Shown one piece after another: positions 1-9,179 of a stretch of 64,000 nt of DNA (the first letter of the stretch is position 1; each line of letters opens with the position of its first letter). The translations under genes and the position numbers were made by a program. The stretch is from Candidatus Woesearchaeota archaeon (GTDB lineage: Archaea > Nanobdellota > Nanobdellia > SCGC-AAA011-G17 > VGLX01). The notes below the pieces were generated by a model, which made no database searches, was not told the origin of the DNA, and saw nothing but the letters and a program-made list of their open reading frames with translations. The stretch is from assembly GCA_964428965.1 (NCBI GenBank), contig CAYSAF010000003.1, positions 7,272-71,271 on the forward strand, in the 5' to 3' direction.

Positions 1-131
1 ACTCGCCAGTATCATTTTCAGCATAAGCCTCTCCTGTTAAAACTCAGGTGAGAAGCAGGATCCTGTGTAGGGGTGGGCGAGGCTTGCATTCTCCACAAAA
101 TTTTTAAACATACTTTGTTTATCCTTTTTTA

Positions 132-692
132 ATGGTAGACTTCGAAAGCATCAAGGCTTTTTTCAACCTCAGTGAGGGCGGCTTTCTTATTAAGCTAATC
201 GCTGCCATTTCCATTGTCTTGGCTGGCTTGCTTGTTGGTTACATCGCTGGGAGGCTTGCTAAGAGGCTTCTTCACGAGCTTGAGCTGAATAAGGTTCTTA
301 AGGAGCAGAACGTTAAGATTCCTTTGGAGGAGTTGATTGCTTCTTTTGTTCGTTACATAATCTATTTTATTGCTTTGATTTTTGCTCTTGGCCAGCTCGG
401 TTTGAAGACAATAGTCTTTTCTTTAATCTTGGGTGTTATTCTTGTTATCATGATAGCCTTTGTTATCCTTGCTTTCAAGGATTTCATTCCTAACGTTACT
501 GCTGGTTTTTTTATTCATCAGCAGGGTTTTATCAGGAAGGGTGACCGGATTAAGGTCAGTAATTCAGAGGGTGTTGTCATTCATACTGATATTACTGAGA
601 CTAGGTTGAGGCTTGATAACGGTGACGTTATTTACATTCCCAATTCTTTGATTGTTAAGAGTGAAGTTGTAAAGGTAAAAGTGAAAAAGTAA
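132..692 (+). CDS. Small-conductance mechanosensitive channel (MscS-like) membrane protein
   Basis: The N-terminal half has about three TM helices and the C-terminal half is beta-rich (IKVSNSEGVVIHTDITETRLRLDNGDVIYIPNS), which is typical of MscS channels. The C-terminus is a KVKVKK tail. Confidence 0.5.
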   Translation: MVDFESIKAFFNLSEGGFLIKLIAAISIVLAGLLVGYIAGRLAKRLLHELELNKVLKEQNVKIPLEELIASFVRYIIYFIALIFALGQLGLKTIVFSLILGVILVIMIAFVILAFKDFIPNVTAGFFIHQQGFIRKGDRIKVSNSEGVVIHTDITETRLRLDNGDVIYIPNSLIVKSEVVKVKVKK

Positions 693-732
693 GCGAAAGT
701 ATTATATATTATTTAAAATAACCTTTTCAATT

Positions 733-1326
733 ATGAAATGGTTGATTGCTGTCATGTTTCTTGTATTCGTTGCTGGTTGTTCTACTACTGAATACCCGAT
801 TGTTGACTATGGTTCTATTATCTGCAGTTCTCCTTATTTTGAGTTTAAGGCTGGTGAGTGTTGTCTTGACGAGAACAGCAACCAGGTATGTGATAGTGAA
901 GAGGTTGAGAAGTTTCCTGAGGAGCAGGAGGTTAATATTCCAGATGTTTGTCAGCTCGGAACTTACTTTGATTGCACCGACATTAACATAAAGGATGATC
1001 CGGTTACAGGCGGCTTTATCATGTTTGACCTCAAGTTTAAGAAGTTTGGAGCTGCAGTTGTTACGAAGATTGATCTCCCTAAACTAGGCTGTTCTTACAC
1101 AAATGATCAGTGGGACATAGATGACGGTGTTAGGCAGTCACCCAAGTCTTTCTACATACCCTGCAGTTTCAAGGGCGAAACTTTGACAAGTAATTTTGCT
1201 GATTCGGAAATGGTTGTTGACGTTGTCCATTTTGATGAGGTCAGGCAGGGTAAGGATTCTGCTTGGTCAGGCACTTATGATGTTAAGAAGGTCACAATCA
1301 CCGGTCATATCTCTGGCAGCATCTAA
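733..1326 (+). CDS. Secreted/lipoprotein-like Cys-rich hypothetical protein
   Basis: The signal peptide has a lipobox-like Cys (MKWLIAVMFLVFVAGCSTT), and the rest is rich in Cys and Asp. I recognise no family. Confidence 0.35.
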   Translation: MKWLIAVMFLVFVAGCSTTEYPIVDYGSIICSSPYFEFKAGECCLDENSNQVCDSEEVEKFPEEQEVNIPDVCQLGTYFDCTDINIKDDPVTGGFIMFDLKFKKFGAAVVTKIDLPKLGCSYTNDQWDIDDGVRQSPKSFYIPCSFKGETLTSNFADSEMVVDVVHFDEVRQGKDSAWSGTYDVKKVTITGHISGSI

Positions 1327-1359
1327 AGTTTTTTATACTAACTTCTTATTTGTTTTGTT

Positions 1360-1701
1360 ATGAAGCTTGTTCACAGGGGTAGGGTTTTGGCAGACGGTGT
1401 TGTTTTTTATCGTAACCCTTTTTTGAGGGCTTTGGGTTTGAGATACTCTTTAAAGCCGAAGCCTATTGTTTTAGTATCCTCTTCTGAAAGTGTTAGTGGT
1501 TGTGCTATTGACATGTTTTTTGTTTTCTTTCCCATAGATGTTTTGTGGCTTGATTCTGATAAGAAGGTTGTTGATTTTAAAACAAATGTCAAGCCTTTCG
1601 CTCTTCCCATTAAACCTAGAATGCCTGCCAGGTTTGTTGTTGAGCTTCCTAAAGGTTTTTTGAAAGGCGTTAAGCTTGGTGATAAAGTTATTTTTGAGTG
1701 A
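1360..1701 (+). CDS. DUF192 (COG1430) family protein
   Basis: It is 113 aa and carries the conserved I-D-x-x-W-L-D block (FFPIDVLWLDSDKKVVD) typical of DUF192. Confidence 0.45.
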   Translation: MKLVHRGRVLADGVVFYRNPFLRALGLRYSLKPKPIVLVSSSESVSGCAIDMFFVFFPIDVLWLDSDKKVVDFKTNVKPFALPIKPRMPARFVVELPKGFLKGVKLGDKVIFE

Positions 1702-1741
1702 ATCCAAAGTTTTTTAAACTAGCTTTCTGTTTTTATTTTTC

Positions 1742-3073
1742 ATGGATATTTGCACTGTTGGCGGTTATGCTGAAGTCGGCAAAAACATGACCGTCGTTAA
1801 GGTTGACAACGACGCAGTTGTTATCGATATGGGCTTTTTTCTTCCGAAGTTGATCGACTTTGAGGAGGAGGGTGGTGATCGTAAGACAACCACTTCTGAA
1901 AGTCTTATCAAGATCGGTGCCATCCCCAACGACAAGATTATTGATTCCTGGAGGAAGGATGTTAAGGTCATAGCTCTGGGTCATTGCCATCTTGACCACA
2001 TAGGTGCAACCCCTTTCCTTGCTCATAAGTATAATTGTCCAATCATAGGCACGCCTTACACCGTTGAGGTTTTGAGGAACATGGTTAAGGAAGATAATTT
2101 GATGATGAAGAACGAGGTTAAGCCTCTGAATCCAAATTCGAGTTTGAGAGTTTCTAAGAACGTTGGGATTGAGTTGATTAACATGACCCATTCTACGCCG
2201 CAGACTGCTATGATTGCCGTTCACACAAAGGAAGGTATCATTCTTTATGCTAACGACTTTAAGTTTGATAATCACCCTGTTGTTGGTAAGAAGCCTAACA
2301 TTAAGAGGTTGAGGCAGCTTGGTGATGAGGGTGTTAAGGCTTTGATTGTTGATTCTACTTATGCATCTGATGAGCGTAAAACTCCTTCTGAGAAAGTAGC
2401 TAGGGAGATGCTCAAGGATGTTATGCTAGGGACTAGCAACGAGAACAACGCTGTTATCGCAACAACTTTCGCTTCGCACATTGCCAGGTTGAAAAGCATT
2501 TATGATTTCGGTGTTGAGTTGGATAGAAAAGTTGTTTTTCTCGGCCGTAGCATGATGAAGTACATACTTGCTGCTGAGAAGCTGAACCTTGTTAAGTTTC
2601 AGAAGGCTCAGGTAGTTGGTTATGCTAATAAGGTCAAGAAGAAGTTGAAGGAGATTGAGCGTGAGGGTAGGTCTAACTATCTTATTGTTTGTACTGGTAG
2701 TCAGGGTGAGCCCGGTTCTGTTCTTAGCAGGATGACCACCAATCAGCTTCCTTTTGAGTTCATAACCGATGATCATGTAATCTTTTCTTGCAAGACAATT
2801 CCAGCCCCCATAAACCAAGCTAATCGTGCTGTTCTCGAGGGCAGGCTTAAGAAGAGAAAGGTTCGTATCTTTACTGACATCCATGTTTCGGGTCACGCTG
2901 GCAGGGAAGATATACGGGATTTGATTAACATGGTTAAGCCTCAACACATAATTCCTGCTCACGGTAGTCTTTCAATGCTTACAGCGTTAGGTGACTTAGC
3001 TGTTGAGATGGATTACCAGCTTGGCAAGACAGTTCATATAATGGGTAACGGTCAGGTTTTGAATATCCGTTAG
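1742..3073 (+). CDS. rnj: Archaeal ribonuclease J (metallo-beta-lactamase / beta-CASP family)
   Basis: It has the HxHxDH motif (ALGHCHLDHIGATPF), plus downstream D/H motifs and a C-terminal HVSGHAGREDI motif. The 443-aa length is typical of archaeal RNase J. Confidence 0.7.
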   Translation: MDICTVGGYAEVGKNMTVVKVDNDAVVIDMGFFLPKLIDFEEEGGDRKTTTSESLIKIGAIPNDKIIDSWRKDVKVIALGHCHLDHIGATPFLAHKYNCPIIGTPYTVEVLRNMVKEDNLMMKNEVKPLNPNSSLRVSKNVGIELINMTHSTPQTAMIAVHTKEGIILYANDFKFDNHPVVGKKPNIKRLRQLGDEGVKALIVDSTYASDERKTPSEKVAREMLKDVMLGTSNENNAVIATTFASHIARLKSIYDFGVELDRKVVFLGRSMMKYILAAEKLNLVKFQKAQVVGYANKVKKKLKEIEREGRSNYLIVCTGSQGEPGSVLSRMTTNQLPFEFITDDHVIFSCKTIPAPINQANRAVLEGRLKKRKVRIFTDIHVSGHAGREDIRDLINMVKPQHIIPAHGSLSMLTALGDLAVEMDYQLGKTVHIMGNGQVLNIR

Positions 3074-3107
3074 AAATATTTTTATATACTCTGTAAGTGG
3101 GGTCTTT

Positions 3108-3878
3108 ATGAAGGGCATTATTTTGGGTAGTGTCGATTGGTATGACGCTCCCTTCAGGAGCAGGACTTCTTGTGTATTTTTTCCAGAGAAGAAAATAGTT
3201 TTGGATGCTGGCACTGGTTTTGCTAACATACCAGATTATTTGCGTGATAAAGATGAGTTGCATATTTTAGTGTCCCATGGCCATAACGATCACATATATG
3301 GTCTTTGGCCAGCTCATAACATATTGAGTGATTTTAAGAAGGTGAGGGTTTACGGTCATGAGCATATAAAAAAATCTATTGATAATCTTTTTAACGAGTG
3401 TTCTTCTGGTTACAGGTTTGGTGACGTGAAATTTGATCTTGAGACTGTTGTTTTGGATAACAACGATCAATTTAACATCAACGATGTTAGGGTTGAGACT
3501 AAACGTTTAGGTCCTCATACCCTACGTGTTAACTGCTTTAAGTTGTTTTTTGGTGATAAGGTACTTTCTTATGTTCTGGATCTGCCAATTTCAAGGGCAT
3601 CCAAGCACGGCATTCTCGATTTTATAGGTGGCTCTACAACCGTTATTCATAACTGTTTTGAGCATACCACCCCAAAAGATTACAACCTAAGGTTACATGT
3701 TACATATGCTGATGAGCTCGGAAAATATCTTAGGGGCAGAGTTAAGAAGGTTATTCTTATAGGGATGAATCCTAAGCTTGCGAATGAGTTTTATAAATTT
3801 ACTAACAATGTTTTTGTTGACTTGGAGCGTTGGCAAGAAGTTGTTTGTTCTTATGACGGCATGAAGTTTGATGTTTAA
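3108..3878 (+). CDS. Metallo-beta-lactamase-fold hydrolase (possibly RNase Z-like)
   Basis: It has an HxHxDH motif (ILVSHGHNDHIYGL) at the expected position after a glycine-rich strand (VLDAGTGFA). Confidence 0.45.
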   Translation: MKGIILGSVDWYDAPFRSRTSCVFFPEKKIVLDAGTGFANIPDYLRDKDELHILVSHGHNDHIYGLWPAHNILSDFKKVRVYGHEHIKKSIDNLFNECSSGYRFGDVKFDLETVVLDNNDQFNINDVRVETKRLGPHTLRVNCFKLFFGDKVLSYVLDLPISRASKHGILDFIGGSTTVIHNCFEHTTPKDYNLRLHVTYADELGKYLRGRVKKVILIGMNPKLANEFYKFTNNVFVDLERWQEVVCSYDGMKFDV

Positions 3879-3952
3879 TCCTTTAGCATTTGAATTCGTT
3901 TCCATGGGAAAGTTTTATAATGTAATTATTATCAACTACAAAAGGGTTTATT

Positions 3953-4612
3953 ATGGACTTAACTGATTTTGAAGAAAAATCTGTAGAAAGATATGTTAGG
4001 AATGGTATAATAATTACAGAGGCTTTTGTAGAAAAAAATGGCAGATCAATTGTAGATGATTCTAAAAAAGAATTCCATGTCTTAGAGAATTGGCCAATTA
4101 TTGAAGAGGTTAGGGCTTTTGCTTACAAATCCGATCCCAGGATAGCCTTATTGGTGAGGAATTTTTTTGATTATATTGAATATTTGGAAGAGCGAGGTGA
4201 ATACGCATATGAACAGTATTTTAAAGCATCTCCGGCAGAGGTAGCTAAACCCCAGAAGTTTGGGCACGTTAATTACGAATCGGATATCAGTGGTTTACAA
4301 ATACCTTTTAGTCCAGAAGATAGGCACATATTACTCTATAGCGAAGCTGTAGATGGCAGTAAATTGTTTACTGTGAATTTAGGGATTCAGTATGCTGGGA
4401 TTATTGAAATGACCGCAGATGAGGAAGAGATAGGTAAAGTCTTGATGTCACATTCGAATGATGTGTTACCTAAATTGCTAGAAACTCATAGGGGAAGAAT
4501 TGAGGGTTACGAATTGTTAAGAAATCATGGCATGTTTAAGAAAGCGAATGAAACATTAGATAACATATTCGAGTTTTCCCATCAATATTCCTGGCATGAC
4601 CATTGTATATAA
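3953..4612 (+). CDS. Hypothetical protein
   Basis: A 219-aa ORF with clean coding statistics and no family I recognise. It ends 2 nt before the tRNA-Gly gene. Confidence 0.3.
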   Translation: MDLTDFEEKSVERYVRNGIIITEAFVEKNGRSIVDDSKKEFHVLENWPIIEEVRAFAYKSDPRIALLVRNFFDYIEYLEERGEYAYEQYFKASPAEVAKPQKFGHVNYESDISGLQIPFSPEDRHILLYSEAVDGSKLFTVNLGIQYAGIIEMTADEEEIGKVLMSHSNDVLPKLLETHRGRIEGYELLRNHGMFKKANETLDNIFEFSHQYSWHDHCI

Positions 4613-4613
4613 G

Positions 4614-4700
4614 TGCGCCGGCCGGGATTTGAACCCAGATGGTCAGCTAACTTCTCTAATGAATGGAAGGCTGAAATCATAGCCATTAGATCACCAGCGC
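4614..4700 (-). tRNA. tRNA-Gly(UCC) with a 15-nt canonical intron (37/38)
   Basis: The minus-strand read is GCGCTGG-T-G-ATCT-AATGGCTA-TGAT-T-TCAGC-CTTCCA-[TTCATTAGAGAAGTT]-A-GCTGA-CCAT-CTGGG-TTCAAAT-CCCGG-CCGGCGC-A. The acceptor and T-arm are clean, with U33 and anticodon UCC, and the mature length is 72 nt. Confidence 0.55.
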
Positions 4701-4777
4701 TTGAAAAAATTTACGTTTTAGAATTCTTATAAACCTTTCTGTTATCGATTGAAAGTTTTATATATAAGTTCTTATCC

Positions 4778-6337
4778 TTGGGGGTCATGATGGAGAAGAG
4801 ATATAGTACCGATTGGGCAAAGGCGAAGTCAAGAGATTTGGTTAAAGATATGATAGAGAGGACCCTGTTAAAATTTGTTAAACCTCAAGATATGCGTGTT
4901 CTATGTTTTCCAGGGATTGATGCTGAGGAGATATTTCGGGTATACGATCCTTTAGGTATACCCAGGTCTAACATTGTAGGTGTTGAGAGAGATGCTGAAA
5001 TTGCAGATGCGATTGAAAGCAAGCATTTGGGTATAAAATTGGAAAAGACTACTTTGAAGGATTATATACTTAGTAAGGGATCTTTCAATTTTGATGTAGT
5101 AAGTTTGGATTATACTGGTCCACTTAATGAGGAGAACCTATATTTGATTACGCGTCTCTCAAAAAGTCAAGTAAAAAATCATTTTGTGCTTCATACAGCA
5201 AACCTACTCAAAAGGGATGCGGGCAGTATTCATTTGTATTATCATGGCTATGTGCTGAATAATGATAAATATAATGTTGGAGAGACATACAGTGATGAAC
5301 GTATTGATGAAATCATTGGTAGATCAAATAATTTTATAAAAAAGTTAAAAGAAAATAAAAGTATTTATGATGAAAAAAAATATGGTTATACATCGATGTT
5401 GAGGGTTACTTTTGCAGGTACTTCAAGGGAAGCTTTGAATACAGTAATAAGGTTTATTTCCAAAGATCGTTATAAAGAGATGTTAAGACATTGCGAACAG
5501 AAAGTACATGAAATAACAAATCTTGAAATTAAACTGGATGAGGACGATCCCTTTGGGAGCACAAGAAAGACGGGGGTTTCTCCCTTAGCACAACATTTTT
5601 TAGAGCAAAGTATGTATAGGAGAATAGAAGAAGAATGCAGAAAACAAGGGATTACTAATAAATTAATACCTTACACCTTAAACTATGCACTTATTGAATT
5701 TTCAAACAGGCAACATAGATTTTTAAAACCAAAAGATGCGATATGCTACTCTTATATATCTGAATCCGGGGCTCCGATGGTGGGTGATATCTATTTTCTT
5801 AGTTACCCTTATAGAGAAATTGATATTGCAGGCGAAGTAGCCCGGTCGGTAGGATTTCCTGATAAATTCGAGATAAAAAATAAGGTATTATTAGACAAAT
5901 TAATGAGAGACTACATAAAAGCAATAAATAAGTTTATGTCTCAAGATGAATTATCAAAAGTAGAGCATAAAGAAAAAAACCGTATTTTCCTTGGGAATTC
6001 CAGTAAGCCTGTATTAACGAAGGGGAGGGCAATTGAAGAGTTCAAGGTTGGAACAACCATAGAAAGTTTAAAGGAGAAGTATCGCGGTTGGACTAACAAA
6101 CCTCTGCCTCAGTGGAAAGCCCACGTTACAATGCATACTTATGATACAAAGCAAGTTCTAGATGAAAAAGAGGATTCAGACCTTGAAAAAATAACAAAAG
6201 AAGAGGTATTGGATCTTCTATCTTCTGACATACCAGCGGATGAAATATATGATGCATTTCCAACCTCATTTTCTATCGGTCAGCTTAGGGCTTACAAGGC
6301 TCACTTAACAATGGGGTCTTATAACCATAAAGGATAA
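4778..6337 (+). CDS. Hypothetical 519-aa protein with a possible N-terminal Rossmann/methyltransferase-like region
   Basis: The N-terminus has weak class-I MTase-like blocks (VLCFPGIDAEE, VGVERD, FDVVSLDYTGP). The C-terminal 300 aa have no recognisable family. It lies directly next to a tRNA gene. Confidence 0.3.
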   Translation: MGVMMEKRYSTDWAKAKSRDLVKDMIERTLLKFVKPQDMRVLCFPGIDAEEIFRVYDPLGIPRSNIVGVERDAEIADAIESKHLGIKLEKTTLKDYILSKGSFNFDVVSLDYTGPLNEENLYLITRLSKSQVKNHFVLHTANLLKRDAGSIHLYYHGYVLNNDKYNVGETYSDERIDEIIGRSNNFIKKLKENKSIYDEKKYGYTSMLRVTFAGTSREALNTVIRFISKDRYKEMLRHCEQKVHEITNLEIKLDEDDPFGSTRKTGVSPLAQHFLEQSMYRRIEEECRKQGITNKLIPYTLNYALIEFSNRQHRFLKPKDAICYSYISESGAPMVGDIYFLSYPYREIDIAGEVARSVGFPDKFEIKNKVLLDKLMRDYIKAINKFMSQDELSKVEHKEKNRIFLGNSSKPVLTKGRAIEEFKVGTTIESLKEKYRGWTNKPLPQWKAHVTMHTYDTKQVLDEKEDSDLEKITKEEVLDLLSSDIPADEIYDAFPTSFSIGQLRAYKAHLTMGSYNHKG

Positions 6338-6341
6338 TCAC

Positions 6342-9074
6342 TTATTTCTTGACCTGTTCCTCAAAGAACGGTTTTGTTTTTTCTTCTTTCAGTTTCTTAT
6401 CCACAATCATCATTGGCTTTTGTCTTTCTGCTGCTTTAGCAAACCCTTCTTTAATCATGCTGTCTTTCCAACCCTTAGCCTTTAAACTCTGTGTTATTTT
6501 CTCGTCTGATACGTTTAGGCTCTTGCACACCTGTATGTACGCTACTAGTTTCTTCATGTCTTCTGTCTCTCCAGGTGCTTTCTTTATGGTTTCTTCTCTC
6601 TTCTTGTCCCATTCTATGTCATCAAATGCAAACTCAACCTGTTCCTTAGTCCATCCCTTGTTTAGTAGCGGTTTTGCTACGTCTTTCCTCTTTACCCCAT
6701 TCCTTAATTGGTCTTTTATGTAGTTCTTCACGCTTTCAAGGTCTTTCTCTGATTTGAACGGTGAACTTTTTCTCGCTAGCTTTCCTAGGCTTAGTTCCCC
6801 CCTGTAGAAATTTATGTAGAGTAGTCCTAGTACAAGTACTACAGCTATGACTATTATCCACATCCAGGGTATCTTCATTTCCTTTTCGCAGTCTTCTGGG
6901 CATATTGTTTCATCTTCATCTGGTCTGCTGCATATTCCGTCCCCGCAAACGTATTCTTGTCCCTGCGGTATTTCTGGTGAGATTTTTTTTGGTACTATTA
7001 TCGTTTTGAGTTGATACATCGCTTGTTGTGTTACCATAGAATTGACAGCATATTTTATAGTTGTCGAGGTTAGTGTTTGATGGTAATACTTTACTATGGG
7101 ATCTTCTCTTTCTATTTCGAATGTTGGTTTTTCAAATGTTATTTCTGAAATACTTGAAGCTATCGTCTTTGGTATAACCTCGTAAACATAAACGTCTTTG
7201 ATGCTTTCCTTTGGGATTATGTTTTTCTTTATTATGCTGTAGAGCTCTGCTGTCCCATCTTGTCTTGTTAGTTTGTAATTGGTTACTGCTACGTTAACAT
7301 TTACTTTGTCTTGGTATTGAAATATCTCTCCTGCGTTTTCAGTTACAAGCTCCTCCACATCTGATGGGTTGACTATCTGTGTGTCTCCTGATTCTGACAG
7401 TTTTGTTGCCGTGTCAGGTAGGCTTTCTATGTAAGCCATAATCTCATCTTTTATTTCTGCTAGTTGTCCCTCTTTTTCTTCTAGGGATATGTTCATGTTT
7501 TTGATGCTTTTCACTTCTGCCTTGTAGTTTGCTAGCTGTTGTATGTCTTCGTCAACGTTTAGTATCCATGCTATCTCTTGTGTTTTTATCTTGTTTAGTT
7601 TTGTTTCGGCTTCTTGTATTTCTTCTTCTACTTCTCTGAATTCTTCCGGCGTTTCTGTTGAGTAAACTACTATGTCCTTGCTGTCGCTTTCTCCAGCCAG
7701 GCTAACAAATAGTTCTACTGTTTGTTTTTTCGTTAAGTTTGGCGTTGTTATGTTGAAATATGACAGCGGTATTGTTAATTTTGCGGTGTTCATCGATTTG
7801 TTTCCTATCTCGTATATTTCCGGCCTGGTAGTGGCGATGTCGTAAAAGTTTGTAGAGTATGAAACCCCTCCTTCTAATTCTGTGTAGTCAATTCTCAAGT
7901 TTGCTAGCTGTACGTAACCGTTGCTTTCTGATTTTATTTTCATTACAACACTGCAGTCTCCTATCTCGTCTGGTTCGCAAGATTCAAGATAAGATATGAG
8001 CGCATTTTCGAATGGTACGTCTGTGAACCAAGCCGGGAATTGTTGTGTTGCTATCATTCCCGTAAGGTTTTCGTTATACACCCCAGGGGATATTCTTATG
8101 TAGTAGTTTCTTGATTCAACGGGGTTGCAGAAGGCGTACCCCCAGTCTTGGTCTAATCCCATTTGGCAGTTGTATTTTGTTGTTGAAGGTGACTCGTCCC
8201 TTGATATCTCGTAACTTCTTTCTTCTTTGTCTAGTGTAACACATACCATGTAATAGCCCTGTATTCCCTGTTCGAGATTGATGTTGCAGCTGTTCCATGT
8301 GCTCACAGTTGTGCCTCTCGGCAGGGTGCAGTTTTGTCCCCCTCCGTAAGCAAGGTCGCCGTCAAATGATAGTATTATAGCGTTTAGATTTGCTGTGCTT
8401 CCGCTTATTGCCGCATACTTTGCTCCTATCTGATAGTCCTTTGCGTATGGCAAGTTAATTAATTGACAGTGATACGTTGTGTTTTTTTCTATGTACTGTA
8501 TGCTTCCCTCTGACTGTGTGTTTAGTCCTTCGGGGTATACAAATATGCCGTATGCGTCGAGGAAGGGTCCTATGTACTTCCACTCGGGTTTTCCGGATGA
8601 TTCTGGTATGTCTAAGGAGAGTAGTCTTGTTGGGTTGCTAGGTGACCCTATTATGTTCATAGTTATGCTGTCTATTGTTGCTCCTGCTGGTAGTTTGAAT
8701 CCTAGAAGTGTTTCTTGTCCTGCTGTTAGCGTTAGGTTTTTTGTGGTTGTTGGGTTTGTCACTGTTGTTTTTTCTGGTGTTGTTTTGTAGCTTGTGTTTG
8801 TGTTTGCCAGATAGTCGGTTAAAAGCACTACTTCTTTTTTTCCCTCGAGGTCTACCTCTATTTCTGCTTCTTTGTCTACATTTCCGTTAAATGAGATGTT
8901 TATTACCCCTTGGAGCTTTTCGTTAGGTAGGTATTTTTCTTTATCTAGCTCTATGCTCATTGTTGGGTCAGCAACTGCATAACCGGTATAGCTTAATTTT
9001 TGGTTGATGAAGAACACGCCTACTGTGAGTATGGTTATGAGTAAAATTAGTCGCAGATCCAACTTCATTAGCAT
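6342..9074 (-). CDS. Large surface (S-layer-like) glycoprotein, single-pass membrane-anchored
   Basis: It has a signal peptide and an ectodomain of about 740 aa rich in N-x-S/T sequons. A Cys-rich stalk (CGDGICSRPDEDETICPEDC) precedes the TM helix (IPWMWIIVIAVVLVLGLLY). The cytoplasmic tail is Lys/Glu-rich and contains the internal repeat KGWTKEQVEFAF / KGWKDSMIKEGFAKA. Confidence 0.4.
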   Translation of the reverse strand: MLMKLDLRLILLITILTVGVFFINQKLSYTGYAVADPTMSIELDKEKYLPNEKLQGVINISFNGNVDKEAEIEVDLEGKKEVVLLTDYLANTNTSYKTTPEKTTVTNPTTTKNLTLTAGQETLLGFKLPAGATIDSITMNIIGSPSNPTRLLSLDIPESSGKPEWKYIGPFLDAYGIFVYPEGLNTQSEGSIQYIEKNTTYHCQLINLPYAKDYQIGAKYAAISGSTANLNAIILSFDGDLAYGGGQNCTLPRGTTVSTWNSCNINLEQGIQGYYMVCVTLDKEERSYEISRDESPSTTKYNCQMGLDQDWGYAFCNPVESRNYYIRISPGVYNENLTGMIATQQFPAWFTDVPFENALISYLESCEPDEIGDCSVVMKIKSESNGYVQLANLRIDYTELEGGVSYSTNFYDIATTRPEIYEIGNKSMNTAKLTIPLSYFNITTPNLTKKQTVELFVSLAGESDSKDIVVYSTETPEEFREVEEEIQEAETKLNKIKTQEIAWILNVDEDIQQLANYKAEVKSIKNMNISLEEKEGQLAEIKDEIMAYIESLPDTATKLSESGDTQIVNPSDVEELVTENAGEIFQYQDKVNVNVAVTNYKLTRQDGTAELYSIIKKNIIPKESIKDVYVYEVIPKTIASSISEITFEKPTFEIEREDPIVKYYHQTLTSTTIKYAVNSMVTQQAMYQLKTIIVPKKISPEIPQGQEYVCGDGICSRPDEDETICPEDCEKEMKIPWMWIIVIAVVLVLGLLYINFYRGELSLGKLARKSSPFKSEKDLESVKNYIKDQLRNGVKRKDVAKPLLNKGWTKEQVEFAFDDIEWDKKREETIKKAPGETEDMKKLVAYIQVCKSLNVSDEKITQSLKAKGWKDSMIKEGFAKAAERQKPMMIVDKKLKEEKTKPFFEEQVKK

Positions 9075-9179
9075 CCCTCTTTTCTTTATTTTGCATGTTT
9101 TTTCTCATATTTAAATCTTTGCCATATTTTTCTGTCGTCAGCTCGTGGTGTAGTTTTCTTACATTGCCAACGCTCTTAA

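Noticed and set aside
1733-2275. 180-aa minus-strand ORF antisense to the RNase J gene, and similar antisense ORFs in xpd, the subtilase, iscS, Elp3 and elsewhere
   Set aside because: They lie within strongly supported genes on the opposite strand and have no motifs.
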